From Octopus vulgaris (taxonomy: Eukaryota), in assembly GCA_951406725.2 (NCBI GenBank), contig OX597815.1, positions 129,642,001 through 129,706,000 on the forward strand: a stretch of 64,000 bases of DNA, read 5' to 3'. The translations under genes and the position numbers were made by a program. Of this stretch, positions 23,601 to 34,617 are shown piece by piece; positions within the stretch are counted from its first letter, which is position 1; the number at the start of each line of letters is the position of its first letter. The notes under the pieces were generated by a model. That model saw only the letters and a program-made list of their open reading frames with translations, was not told where the DNA came from and did no database searches.

Positions 23601-26600
23601 AGCTGTATGAACAACAAGCAAGTGTATTAGTTTGATGCACAGGAAAGTGAGAAAGTCTTTTACGTTTCGAGCATACGCTCTTCAACAGAAAGGAATAAGA
23701 GAAAATAAACAGAGAATATAAAAAAACTGGATTTAGCAATCAAGCATGGTGACTGGTTGGGAAAAAAAAGAAAAAGGTTTGACAGGAGAGGTAGAAAGAA
23801 GTGAAGATAATAAAATATTGGTGATCCCAAAACGAAGGTGAGCGTGCATATGTGAGAATGTCTAAGTGCATGTATGTGTGGATAGGGGCTAGTGATCTTG
23901 ATGACATGTGTGCATGTGGATGATGGTGTGTGGTGTGGGTGCTGAGAAGTGGACATAAATACCCACACAGAGCTTCCAGGACTGTCTGCTTCAATAAGCT
24001 TCAACAAGTAAAACTGGGAGTCACAAGTCAATCCCTATATATAATAAACTTGAGTTTACCACTCGTAATGAGTCCCTTCATTAGTAAATACTTGTTGCTG
24101 TTTGTCATCTAATGTCCCTGGGCAAAATTTGAAATGTTTGATGCCACATCATGTGACAGATCATATCACCAGATAAACTGTCCAACTCATGTTTCCCATC
24201 CTTCTCTGTTGTGGATGTGACCTCATCTGCTCTCTTTATTACTAAGCAGTCATGTTTTTAATTGGATGAAGAAAATTTGCGTAAGTTATTCATGTCACCC
24301 TACCACTGATTTAAGCACCTAATTTGCTTAGCACATAGCAAGACCCATGACTGCCTCTCAATAAATAAGCTATTAATTGACTTTGGATAGAAACCTACAA
24401 AGTTAAAATAAAGATTCTATAAGAAATATTTTTTAGAATTTCACTAAAGGTCATTGTATAATTATTGAAAAGAACGATTGTTACCATGTTGTTGATGAAA
24501 ACCTGTATGGTATTACAGTTGCGGCAAAGATTAGCCAATAAACCAAGACAAGGCAGCGTGACTGAGTTTTCAGGAAGTAATCTGGAATAAAGAAGTGGTT
24601 ATTACGTAATTTTAAATAAAAGGTAATGTTTAGAAGCATCACAGAATTATCTTAGTCATAGCGAATGAAACAGGTCTTATTTAGGCAATAAACCTGGGGG
24701 CAATTTCATTATAAACAGTGCTACTGTTATTGCTGTTTTATACTATTTAATATAATCATCGGAAGAATGAACTCTAGGAATGGTTTCTCATTGACGTTTG
24801 ACAGGCAACTGTCCATTACTGAACAAATAACCAGGTCATCACATAACTATTGGTGACAATCATCATCATCATCATCATCATCGTTTAACGTCCGCTTTCC
24901 ATGCTAGCATGGGTTGGACACTTAACACAATACAAATTAAATCTCTGCTCGACTTAGAGGTGAAATGTGAATATATCAACATAATATTGTCAGATAATGT
25001 GATATGTATATTCAAAGCTTCTTGTATTTTTGAAATCTCACATCATCATCATTTAAAGCCTGTTTTCCAATGCTGGCATGGGTTGGACAGTTCGACAGAA
25101 ACCAGCTAGCCAGAAGACTACATCAAGTTCCAAGGTCTGCCTGGACATGGTTTCTATGGCTGGATGCCCTTCCAAAAATCAGCCACTTCATGGAGTGTAC
25201 TGGAAAATAGCTAACAATTTGAGAACCTGGACCAGCAGCTGTACAGTCAAATAAAAAAAATAAATAAAATCGCATAGCAGTAATTATACAACTACCAGCC
25301 TCCTTAGGCCCCAGAGCCGGTGGCACGTAAAAAGCACCCACTACACTCTCAGAGTGGTTGGCGTTAGGAAGAGCATCCAGCTGTAGAAACACTGCCTCCT
25401 GACTTCCCAGACCCCGGTCGAACTGTCCAACCCATGCTAGCATGGAAGACGGACATTAAACAATGATGATGATGATGATGATATATGTGGTTATAACAGC
25501 ACTGATTTCACTGAAGATAAATGAGATCCAGTTAGGATGAAGTTATAATCCTCCATTTGTCAGACTGTTACACTTTCTCAAAACATGAATTAAATATGTT
25601 GGATGCTCTTGTAAAAATGTTACCTTTGAACAAAGTCCATAACTTCACCCAGCACAATAACAGAATAAATTACTTTCTATTTACAATTGAAGTATCTAGC
25701 ATTAAAAGTAATAATTACTTTAAAAATTGCTATCTCAGTCATCCCCTTCATTATTTAATGTCTCTTTTCTATGCTGGCATGGGTTAGATGGTTTGACAGG
25801 AGCTGGCAAGCCAGAAAGCTGCACCAGGCTCCAATTGTCTGTTTTGGCATGGTTTCTATGGCAGGATGCCCTTCCTAATGTCAACCACTTTATGGAGTGT
25901 ACTGGGTGCTTTTTATATGGTACCAGCACAGGTGTTCTTTTATGTGGGACCAGTGTAGCTGTTTTTGTACATAGAGCCAACAAAAATGCTTTATGTAGCA
26001 TCAGCATGGGTGCTTCTAGCAAGGAAAATTGGTTAATTGGTTAGAGAGAGAGAGAGGTGTTATACAAGGGGAAAATAAATTAGAAGCAAATGGAGAGAGT
26101 ATGATTTCATGACAAATACAAACGAGCCTCTCTGTCATTGCTTGACCTACTAAAAATAGCTTTCAAACAATATTCCTGAAATCACTCCTTATCATGTTTT
26201 TACGTCTACTTTTCTGCACAGGCATGAGTTGGATGAGACTTTTCCCAGCAGTGGTTGATGGTTGAGTGCCTTTCTTGATGCCAATACTTTTCAGTTATCC
26301 CTTACAGCATGCAGGAATATAGTGTACCTATTCTACCTTTCACAAGAGATGATACAGGTGGTAGTTTCCCATATATTTGCATTTTGGTTGGATGACGCTT
26401 CCACAAGAGATTTTGAGCTCTCATAAGGAGGCGAGTGTAAGTTCCATCCAACCGCCTCTCAAGCTTCTTTGATAACGTCCAGGTTTCTGAGCCATATAGT
26501 AGAATTGGTTCGACTGTGGCTTTGAAGATTTCAAGTTTGAAGCCTCTACTTAGATTTGATGACCAGATCTTATGCATATCATTACAGGCTGAACAATGAT

Positions 26601-27178
26601 GATGATGATGTACCTACTCTAAAAACTGGGGTACACATTAATGCCTTAAGAAAGAACAGACGCATTAGATAATGTAATCTTTGACACATTATACAATAAA
26701 AAAAAAAGAGATGGGATGATTGTCCCTGCTAGAAAACTATTGATCATAGGTCTGCTCTGTCAGAGCTGACCTGGAGCTTAGCAATGATACTTATAGTCCA
26801 GAACTCCCTCTCTCTAACTAACTCAACCAAAATAGCACATTATACTTACATCTGCTTGACAAGATAACTAATGAGGTCTTCATAGTAGTTTTCATAAAAA
26901 TTAATAGCCTGGCCATAGGTGATTTTTTGAAGAAGCTGCACAGACTGAAATCATAAAAAAGAATTAAAAAAAAAAAGAAACTTCACACACATGCACGCAT
27001 ACATGCACAGCAGAAAACAATCATCACAAAGGAAAAAAATATAATAAAACTGATCCAGTATGTTTCTATAGTATATTTTATCTCTGCAGAAGGATAGATA
27101 AAGTGGAATCTGTGAGATTTGAACACAGAACTAGATATCATATATCTAACTAAATACAAATATAAATAATATATATAT

Positions 27179-27211
<33 letters not shown>

Positions 27212-30200
27212 ATATATATATATATATAGGAGTGGCTGTGTGGTAAGTAGCTTGCTTACCAACCACATGGTTCTGGGTTCAGTCCCACTGCATGGCACCT
27301 TGGGCAAGTGTCTTCTACTATAGCCTGGGCCGACCAAAGCCTTGTGAGTGGATTTGGTAGACAGAAACTGAAAGAAGCCTGTCGTATATATGTATATGTT
27401 TGTGTGTTTGTGTTTGTTCCCCCAGCATCACTTGACAACCAATAGAATAAGTACAAGGCTTACAAAGAATAAGTCCTGGGGTCGATTTGTTCAACTAAAG
27501 GTGGTACTCCAGCATGGTCACAGTCAAATGACTGAAACAAGTAAAAGAGTATATATAAATAAATGCATATATAGGTACAGGACATCACCAACAGTAAACA
27601 ACATGAAAAACAAAAACAAATGAGTTAAATACACAAATAACAAAAGAAAAAAATGGAAAGACAAGTGATACAAAGAATACAATTAATGACCCTTCATCAG
27701 TTTTCAGCGGTCTGTCTACTCCCCATTTTGAGCAATCAATGACAATATGTGTCTTCGAAGAGAGTGCTTCCATAAATACCAAAATAAAATTTGGGATTTA
27801 TGGAGGGTCAAAGTTCGGAACAAAAACAGGACAGTGGAAACATACAGGGAAACCAAATGAAAACAAACATGGAAGGTCGTTAGACCTGAATGAGGGGAAA
27901 ATAGTGAATGCTGAGAGAAATATTTTCTTTGGAAAAAGAAAAGATAGAGGAGGAGATAGGAGATGTCCAATCTTTAGAACGTCTGTGCAGGAAAGACAGA
28001 TGATCATGTGAGGAAAAGAAAGATGGACAATGGTCATGTGTGAGCAACGAGAGAGAAAAAGAGAAAGAAGGGGAAAAAAAGAGAAACAGACAGAAAACGG
28101 TGAAAGGGAAAAAAAGGAAATTAGAGAGGACGGGGGAGAAAACAGTATATATACAAACACATGCACACATATATGATAGAATTCATTCAGTTTCTGTCTA
28201 CCAAATCCATTTATAAGGCTTTGGTTGAAATGGGGCTATAGTAAAAAGAAACTTGCCCAAGATGCTATGCAGTGGGACTGAACGTGAAACCATATGGTTG
28301 GGAAGTAAGCTTCTTAACCACAAAACTACACCTATCAAGCCGTGGCTCTTTTGATTAACAGAAAATAAAAGAGAAAAAGAAAGAAAAAGCAAGTGAATAA
28401 TATGAAAGTCAAATAACTTACATCCAAAGCCAAATTATCTGATGCTTTATTAGAATTATTTATAATTAGACTGGCTAAAGCAGCAAACAAATTAAAATCT
28501 TTGTATAAGCTTGTCCGAATTTGGGGTTCATGTACTGAAAGAAAATAAAAACAATTAAGAAAAATATTTTTCAAAAAATTACAATAAAAGAATTAATTAG
28601 GATCACTTGAAGAACTTTCTGGTTTTTAACCCTTTCCCTAGCAACTTTTTTTAGAGAAAACATTTCATTTTCAGACAAAGTATTTTTTTATCAGATGAGC
28701 TTGCACTCTCATCTGATGTATCCAAGCTTCTAATAGAAGGTTCATTCATACTCATTGTCATCTTCTGAGCTCAACATCTGGGCATAATTTATTAAAAAAA
28801 AAAAAAGAAAAAAATACTGAGATGCTGAGAATTGATGTATAAACTTGTCAGTGGCTGCTTTTGAAATTATATGTTTTGAACAAATTTACTCATCACATTC
28901 TGGAAAAGATAAATTGGGTGAAGACAAGTTAACTTGTCTTTGCTGGATAAGAGGTTAAAACTTCTGTTCAGTTTGCAAAATGAAAACTGAACATTTGCCA
29001 TATAGAAACATAGAAACACTCAGTTACTTAAATTATTTACTGCAGAATTACATTGGTTACTTAAATAAACAAGCAAAAATAAAATATTTCATTAAAATAA
29101 ATTTTTAAAAATAAGAAGGTTGATCAAAGCCTTGTGAGTAGATTTAGTAGAAAGAAACCCATCACATGTATAGTTATATATCTTATCTTATAAAAGTGAA
29201 GCTGATCTCCATCTGTCTGTCTGTAACAACATCTGAACAACTACAGGTCCTCTTTTAGGATACAGGGAATGTACAATATCACTTCTCTGGTCAACCATGT
29301 ATGGTGCTTAAAAGAGGATGGAACCCCATAGATAACTAAATGGAAGCTCCTTGAACAACTGGGGAATTATATAAATGGGAGCAAATGATGTAAGGTAAGT
29401 TTGCTTGGCAAGAATCCTAAAAAAATTGCTTGACTTCAGGAACTTTTTAAACTCCAGGAAAAATGTATTTAGTCATTGCCCTCATCTAAAACGTTTTCTA
29501 CTACAAGCTTGGAATTCCCCATTTGTGGCATAGGTCCACTGCAGCTTCAAATATCAAGGATGGAGCCAATTTAAGAGACATAACCCTGTCTTGCTGGCAG
29601 TACCCCTAGCACAGACAAATATTATTGTTTACAAAACTGATTGTGAAGTATTTCTTCCTCCAATTGTAGGGAGATCATGCCCCTCAAGCCATTTGAGCGT
29701 GATGAGTCATCTATACTGCTAAGCACTTTATAGGTGTGAAACCAATAGTCACTCTATAACTGGGCATAACAATTAACTTCCTAAAAAATATATTATTGCT
29801 CTGTTTTACAGTGTACTTCTTTTACAGATATATGAACTACTGATGCAGGGAGGTTGGTGTTAGGAAGGGCATCCAGCTGTAAAAAAAAACATGACAAAAC
29901 AGATACAGTAGCCTAGGGTAGTTTTTTACCTGGCTGGCTCCTGTCAAACCATCCAACCCATACCAGCTTGGAAGGCAATGATGATGATTTATATATATAT
30001 ATGGTAAAATCAAGGTATGGTTCCACATAAAAAGCGCCCAGTACACTCTCTAAAGTGTTGGCATTAAGAAGGCCTCCCAGCCGCAGGAACCATGCCAAAG
30101 CAGACCATGGAACCTGGTGTGGCCCCTGTCCTAGTCAGTCTCTGTCAAACCACCCAACCCATGCTAGCATGGAAAATGGATGTTAAATGTTGATTATGAT

Positions 30201-33126
30201 AATAATATGTCCTTTGTCTTTATCTTTTACTTGTTTCAGTCATTAGATTGTGGCCATACTGGGGTACCACCTTGAAGAATTTTAGTTGAATGAATTGACA
30301 CCCCCCCCACAGTACTTGTTTCTTTTTAAAGGCTTCTTCTGTTGGTCAATTTTGCTGAACTGCTAAGTTATAGGGACATAAACACACCAACACCAGTTGT
30401 CAAGTGGTGATGGTGGGACAGACACACACACTCTCACACACACATATGATGGGCTTCTTTCAGTTGCAATGTACCAAATCCACTAACAAGGCTTTTGGTT
30501 GGCCTGGGGCTATAATAGGATACACTTTCCCAAAGTGCCACACAGTATGACTAAACCCAAAACTGTATGGGTGGGAAGTAATCTTTTTACCACACAGTTA
30601 TGGCTGCTGCTATAAATATAGGAGTGGCTGTGTCGTAAGAAGTATGCTTCCCAACCACATGGTTCCACATTCATATGTATATTATAGATGGTTTGGTATG
30701 TGTATATAGGCGCAGGAGTTGCTGTGTGGTAAGTAGCTTGCTAACCAACCACATGGTTCCGGGTTCAGTCCCACTGTGTGGCATCTTGGGCAAGTGTCTT
30801 CTATTATAGCCTCGGGCCAACCAAAGCCTTGTGAGTGGATTTGGAAGACGGAAACTGAAAGAAGCCTGTCGTATATATGTATATACATATATATATATAG
30901 GTATGTGTGTCTGTGTTTGTCCCTCTAGCATTGCTTGACAACCGATGCTGGTGTGTTTACATCCCTGTCACTTAGCGGTTCGGCAAAAGAGACCGATAGA
31001 ATAAGTACTGGGCTTACAAAGAATAAGTCCTGGGGTCGATTTGCTCGACTAAAGGCGGTGCTCCAGCATGGCCGCAGTCAAATGACTGAAACAAGTAAAA
31101 GAGTATACCCCTGAAAAAAAATATTTATGTAATGTAGCATGAAAATATTAAATTTTAATTTTAATGTATTAATTGATTTATATTTCGCATATTTACCATA
31201 TGTATTTGGAATCAGTCCTTCAATTTTACAATAGGATGAATTTATACTGAATTTATTTTATTTATTGCACGCTTAAGACCATTTGTTGAAAAGACCAATG
31301 AAATAAAACGATTTTCAAAGGTGTATCCTTTAAACTAGTTTTTGTTTGATTATATCATCATTTCTGTTCCATTCTAACCAAATTGTCCAACAAACAAGAA
31401 CATGAAACTCTGAGTAACAGTTTTTGTGATATTTCTGCTACTTTTAAATAAGGTGTATCTATATACAGGTAGAGGTAGAGACAGAGAGAGAAAGCAGTGT
31501 ACTAAGTTTGTTTACTCACCTAAGTTACCAAGTAGTTGGATACATTTCAATGACAAATGTGGTACAGTGCTGGGATCAGATAAGACATCCACTAAACAAG
31601 TCAGACATTCTGTAGCTGCCAGTTGAGGTGGAAGGAAATATTTACTGTTTGATCGTTGGGCTGTAACTCCAATCATAACCTGAAATCAAATGCACATAAT
31701 AATTTGAAGAGCGTATGTATTGTTCATATTTGATTAACAAGTGTAAGAGATATGGTGGTGTAAGGTAGTGAATAATGAATGATGATTGAAAACTAGCAGC
31801 ATCTGAACTTTTGCACTCCTTTACAGCAAACATATTTCACTTTGGAACCATTAGTAATGGTGGCGTGCATAGTCGTCTATATAGAGGACAAAACAAAACA
31901 AATCCCTTATCATCCTTAATTTATTTAGGACTGGATCTTAAAGATGCAGTCATAACTAAGAGATACAATCACTGAATTTCTACAAAGCTCAGGTGAGGCC
32001 TATAATGGAACAGTGCTCCCACACATGAGGCAGTGTTGCTGCTGGACACAGACATCCCTGACAACACCCAGGAAAAGACACTTGGTTGATTAACATTACT
32101 CAAGTCATTAACAGGCATACACCAGATGCACACTCTCACCTCTCTCTCAGCCATTTTTACTATCATTTTAATAGCCACTGCTCCTTAGAACTGACTGGTC
32201 TCCATTCAGGCATTTCTAATTCATTCATCTCTCCTTCCACACCATCAAGCTCACACCAACCACTAAGCACAGATCCTCTTCAGAACATTGATCCTCTGGA
32301 ACTCACTTCTGGTGTCAACTTGCAATAGCTTAAGCAGACTGTTAGCAGTATTACTCTCATCAGAGGGCTTGTATAGGCCAAGGGCATTGCCCTTTCCTCC
32401 AAACCCAATAAGTGAAAAAAGAAATCAGTTAAATAACAAATAAAAGTTAAAAAAGAGAAATCAGTGAAATAACTAGGTACATAAAATGCACCATCTGAGC
32501 GTGGTCAATGCCAGTGCCACTGGTATGTAAAAAGCACCATTTGAGCATGATCATTGCCAGTGCTGGCAACACATAAAAAGCACTAACTACACTCTTGGAG
32601 TGATTGGCGTTAGGAAGGACGTACAGCTGTAAAAACTTTGCCAGATCATATTGGAGCCTGGTGCAGCCTTCTGGCTTGCCAGCCCTCAGTCAAACCATCC
32701 AACCCATGCCAGCATGGAAAGCAGATGTTAAATGATGATGATGATGTTTTGACTTTGAATATTTTATAAGATTATAGTATTCAGTAATATGTTATTTTTC
32801 ATCTGAAAACAAAGAGGGTAAATTTTTACAACTACAATCATTTCACTTTAAAGTTGTGATTTACCTTAAGTACCTGACAGTTTTGATGGTTAGATTTGTT
32901 CAAAATACATAGAAAGCCACAGAAAACCATGGCTGTCAAGTTCAAATTGAGACAAGCATAGTAATAAATATTTACCAAAAAATGTAGGTATGAGTGTATA
33001 AATAACTTGTAAAGCGTTACTTACATCTAATTGACGTTGCAAGTGCACAAGGGTTGAGTCAGTCTTGTTATTATAATACTGAGTAGTGGCGAACACAAGA
33101 GCTTTTATACAAGCAGATGTTTCCAT
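5519..33126 (-). CDS. CIP2A: CIP2A (KIAA1524) ortholog, coding exons 1-12, 3' part runs off the left edge
   Basis: Twelve exons join in frame: 33126-33025, 31679-31520, 28534-28422, 26944-26850, 24581-24485, 22450-22328, 21247-21102, 17769-17694, 16681-16466, 15492-15333, 5945-5798, 5612-5519. Peptides METSACIKALV, TECLTCLVDVL, QLLQKITY, LPCLGLLANLCR, FSLSILTSL, NINQTFKMMFNIVING, VFELFISFCSV are colinear with recalled human CIP2A (MDSTACLKSLL, SECLSCLVELL, QLLQKLTY, MPCLGLLANLCR, FALSILSSL, NIHQTFQLIFNILING, VLELLLAFCSV). Confidence 0.95.
5798..5945 (-). CDS. CIP2A: CIP2A coding exon 11 (NICQESMFVEK...SQNWG), begins after an AC acceptor
   Basis: Preceded by CCTTAAC-AGGTTCAAC (U12 branch point plus AC); GG|GTGAGT donor; 148 nt, phase 1 to 2, in frame with exons 10 and 12. 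Confidence 0.88.
8336..8382 (-). ncRNA. Hammerhead-like motif, stem III decayed
   Basis: GGACAC-CTGATGA-AGGTTGG..CAGCC-GAAAC-ATT-GTGGT. Confidence 0.5.
8479..8525 (+). ncRNA. Hammerhead-like motif, stem III decayed
   Basis: GGACAC-CTGAAGA-AGGCTGG..CGGCC-GAAAT-GTT-GTGGT. Confidence 0.5.
11412..12170 (+). mobile_element. Tandem cluster of about four tRNA-headed SINE copies with the GCCTTTCATCCTTTCGGGGTCGATAAATTAAGTACCAGT central domain
   Basis: Head GGTGAGCTGGCAGAAACGTTAGC..GAGTTCAAATTCC; the central domain recurs near 11511, 11694, 11867 and 12055. Other copies at 60-280, 430-660, 9110-9480, 9775-9950, 10940-11152, 36320-36515, 41163-41250 and 45995-46360. Confidence 0.85.
12171..12500 (+). 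mobile_element. Non-autonomous Helentron-associated (HINE/DINE-1-like) element
   Basis: 5' hairpin TCTGCCTT-AGCG-AAGGCAGA, GTTT-type microsatellite core, GATGAAACTTT motif, 3' GGAGGTTTG..CTCTGAGTGC, inserted in a T-rich context. Confidence 0.6.
14785..15010 (+). mobile_element. Third tRNA-headed SINE family
   Basis: GGCACATGGCTTAGTGGTAAGAGTG..GGTTTGATTCCTGG..CACATTGCTCCAGTCCACTCA; copies near 43303-43445, 48935-49150 and 61641-61830. Confidence 0.7.
15333..15492 (-). CDS. CIP2A: CIP2A coding exon 10 (ELNQNSWLKD...IKTLY), ends at a U12 AT donor
   Basis: CTTTAG| acceptor; 160 nt; followed by ATATCCTTTT, the U12-type 5' splice site. Confidence 0.88.
15615..15919. mobile_element. piggyBac-type MITE, second family
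   Basis: TTAA|CCCATTAAGTGC...GCACTTTATATG|TTAA; subterminal duplicated GGCCACGATTGTG. Confidence 0.6.
16466..16681 (-). CDS. CIP2A: CIP2A coding exon 9 (VFELFISFCSV...CIEILE)
   Basis: TTTCAG| acceptor, GAG|GTATTT donor, 216 nt; lies within track ORF 16439..16843. Confidence 0.92.
16940..17265. repeat. Degenerate (CA)/(CATA)-rich low-complexity tract
   Basis: Visible; gives rise to the overlapping Cys/Val/His/Thr-rich ORFs. Confidence 0.9.
17694..17769 (-). CDS. CIP2A: CIP2A coding exon 8 (FTHLSASLKEV...TATK)
   Basis: CATCAG| acceptor, AAG|GTATGC donor, 76 nt, phase 2 to 0; bridges exons 7 and 9 in frame. Confidence 0.85.
19480..21061 (+). mobile_element. 5'-truncated CR1-group LINE with (ATT)n tail, antisense in CIP2A intron 7
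   Basis: RT ORF with PGLDGV, YRPVSLTS, YLDFAKAFNSV, GVPQGSVLGPLLF, YADD, ERDLG, VRPHLEF, LESVQRRATK, TRGH and WNKLP motifs typical of CR1-group ORF2; short 3' UTR then ATT repeats. Confidence 0.93.
19510..20994 (+). CDS. Reverse transcriptase (ORF2 fragment, no endonuclease domain) of the CR1-group LINE, 494 aa
   Basis: Uninterrupted ORF in the track carrying the YADD catalytic motif. Confidence 0.85.
   Translation: MEFTPAMLRRHLQNKRNYASPGLDGVTYLLLKRGRHFLLHQLSIFFQYCLNNGATPEQWKTASVIPLFKKGDRTSPVNYRPVSLTSCIAKLMESCVRETLWNFWSSHSLIRPSQYGFVPNSSCSDQLVEFLEDITQITDSGSWVDVVYLDFAKAFNSVPHKRLMVKLSAMSVGDDLFNWLKSFILSRKEVVTVLGQHSTPYEMSSGVPQGSVLGPLLFVAYINDIDANLKNATVLKYADDIKLYLEIKRTDPDVYNSFLQSDLDTMQQWITDWQLKLAVDKCTTMHFGRKNPASTYSLHNTDIKKSSCERDLGITVSSDLRWTKHISKIVKKAEGVLASLSKTFISRSPAIYLKLYTAMVRPHLEFASSVWNPYLAQNIDLLESVQRRATKRIPSIRHLPYSERLVSLGMDSLKLRRLATDLVNTHKVINHLTNNTRGHAYKVRKQHSSHDFRKHFFTLRVAEAWNKLPASVVDCHDTASFKALMLSEIRRNYT
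21102..21247 (-). CDS. CIP2A: CIP2A coding exon 7 (LFNANNINQTF...QQLLAV)
   Basis: TGACAG| acceptor, GT|GTAAGT donor, 146 nt, phase 0 to 2. Confidence 0.93.
21923..22185. repeat. Near-perfect foldback inverted repeat (~121-bp core arms, 10-nt loop)
   Basis: 21929-22049 is the reverse complement of 22060-22180 with two mismatches; loop AATCTAGCAC. Confidence 0.95.
22328..22450 (-). CDS. CIP2A: CIP2A coding exon 6 (EVSRKLKLTL...EELGDK)
   Basis: TTGTAG| acceptor, AAA|GTAAGT donor, 123 nt, phase 0 to 0. Confidence 0.93.
23657..23692 (-). ncRNA. Minimal type-I hammerhead-like motif with variant core (CTGTTGA), in a Penelope-like repeat
   Basis: Minus strand CTTT-CTGTTGA-A-GAGC-GTAT-GCTC-GAAAC-GTA-AAAG. 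Confidence 0.55.
24485..24581 (-). CDS. CIP2A: CIP2A coding exon 5 (LLPENSVTLPCLGLLANLCRNC...NM)
   Basis: TTCCAG| acceptor, ATG|GTAACA donor, 97 nt; contains the conserved PCLGLLANLCR motif. Confidence 0.95.
26302..26592 (-). mobile_element. RTE-like LINE RT C-terminal fragment (second family)
   Basis: KIWSSNLSRGFKLEIFKATVEPILLYGSETWTLSKKLERRLDGTYTRLLMRA (LLYGSETW motif). Confidence 0.85.
26850..26944 (-). CDS. CIP2A: CIP2A coding exon 4 (SVQLLQKITY...LVKQI)
   Basis: TTTCAG| acceptor, AT|GTAAGT donor, 95 nt, phase 0 to 2. Confidence 0.93.
27170..27228. repeat. (TA)n(TCAA)n(TA)n microsatellite
   Basis: Directly visible. Confidence 0.95.
28422..28534 (-). CDS. CIP2A: CIP2A coding exon 3 (VHEPQIRTSL...NLALD)
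   Basis: CTTTCAG| acceptor, GAT|GTAAGT donor, 113 nt, phase 1 to 0. Confidence 0.9.
30709..31102 (+). mobile_element. Full-length tRNA-headed CORE-like SINE with an internal (TA)n/(TG)n tract
   Basis: GGCGCAGGAGTTGCTGTGTGGTAAG..GGTTCAGTCCC..TTGGGCAAGTGTCTT..AAACAAGTAAAAGAG. Other copies at 27229-27550, 37265-37575, 48270-48622 (minus), 49500-50060 (minus) and 63330-63460. Confidence 0.85.
31520..31679 (-). CDS. CIP2A: CIP2A coding exon 2 (VMIGVTAQ...IQLLGNL)
   Basis: TTTCAG| acceptor, G|GTGAGT donor, 160 nt, phase 0 to 1, open frame. Confidence 0.92.
33025..33126 (-). CDS. CIP2A: CIP2A coding exon 1 (METSACIKAL...QRQLD)
   Basis: ATG in ACCATGG context; donor GAT|GTAAGT; 102 nt. A TTTCATATAG acceptor 16 nt upstream of the ATG implies an upstream UTR exon. 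Confidence 0.92.
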
Positions 33127-33624
33127 GGTTGCAGATCAGTTGCTATATGAAAATAACATGTAAAATGCCAAATTAAATTTCCTTGAGCATGTCAACTCAA
33201 TAAGTTTATCAAACATTAACCCTTTAGCATTCAGATTATTCTGTCAAATGTATTGATTATTTATTTGCATTGTTTTGAATAACCATTAATTACATTGTAA
33301 CTTTGAGATTTCAATGATGTGTGCATTTATTTTTAGAATGACTTTTTTGGGTAGGTGTGAGAGGCTGGATTTGGCCAGTTGGAACATAAAACTGGTAAAA
33401 TATTTGGGCCTGATATGAACATTTTAAATGCTAAATTAGGAAACAATACAAAAAAAATTACTCTCTCTATAATTTTATCTTCTCCAGTCAGTTTTTTATG
33501 TGTCCTAATATTTGATATTTGAGGATGGATAATTTCATTTGTTAATTGAATATGAATTTACTTTGTCAAAAGCTTAGGCATGGCTGTATAGTTAAGTAGT
33601 TTGCTTTGTAACTGTGATTTAGAG

Positions 33625-34252
33625 GGTAGGGACTTCACTTCACCGGGCCTGAGATTTGAAACCAAATCCACCTGCTTGTTGCTTGTCAAAATGAGTGGGA
33701 AATCCTCTTCACACTAGATGATTGATGAGGAAATACTCAACCCCTTAGGACTTGTGCTGGCCAAGGAAAGGTCAGTCTTTTGTTTAAGGTTTGACCTACA
33801 TTACTGACCACAGTCTTTGTAACAAAGAACACTTCCTATCTCTTCCTCTTTTTTGTATCAGTAGACCAAGGAGCAACAGTCTCTTCTGCGTCAGCCATGA
33901 CCAAGAGCAACACTTCCCTTCGCTCAACATGCAAAAAGAGGCTTCCAGCCGCAAGAAAGACGGTGTATGTGACCTTTATCCTTTCTAGTCAGCACCGTGC
34001 ATTCCTTACTCTTTCACTCTCTACTGACAGACAACTTCTACACACTACCAACTACTAACCAGTGAGCCAACCTTCTTCTACACTGCCACTACGATTACTT
34101 TTGTCTCTTTAACTACCTGTCGGGCAAATGTAAATATTTCTTCCTTCTTGGTGTTGATTCTTCGATGTTCAATCGTTACGCCAACACAAGAACCTTTAAG
34201 TGTTACATATACATGCTACATCATATCAATGTGATATGGCACATCACATTCA
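33625..34252. mobile_element. Unclassified 628-bp insertion with 11-bp flanking direct repeat, splitting a SINE
   Basis: GTGATTTAGAG at 33614-33624 and 34253-34263; SINE head on the left, SINE continuation on the right. Confidence 0.7.
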
Positions 34253-34572
34253 GTGATTTAGAGTTCGATATTACTATGGCACCTTCAGCTGATGTCCTCT
34301 ACTACAGCTTCTGGTTCACCAAATCCTTGGGTAAAATTTAGTAGCTGGAAACTGTACAGAAGCCTGTTATGCAAATATATAGCAGCAGCATCATAATTAA
34401 ATATATATATATAGCCAAAAACATAGCTATGTGGTTAAGAGGCTTGCTTTCCAATCATGTGCTCTTAAGTTTAGTCCTGCAGTGTGACATTTTGTGCAAG
34501 TGTCTTCTATTTTAGTCTTAAGTTGACCAAAGTGGATTTGGTAGATGGAAATTGAAAGAAGCCCATCATGAG

Positions 34573-34617
<45 letters not shown>

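Noticed and set aside
27686-27705. Minus-strand CTGATGA in a Penelope-like remnant (about 27560-28160)
   Set aside because: No downstream stem II plus GAAA box, so no hammerhead can be supported.
28626-28958. Possible CIP2A exon after a TTTTCCAG acceptor near 28900
   Set aside because: Stops in all frames; bounded by TTAA and imperfect inverted ends, so more likely a decayed piggyBac-type element.
31740-31877. Exon-like segment with a good acceptor between CIP2A exons 1 and 2
   Set aside because: Stops in all three frames from the acceptor and no convincing donor; the true exon 2 at 31679-31520 fits frame and homology.
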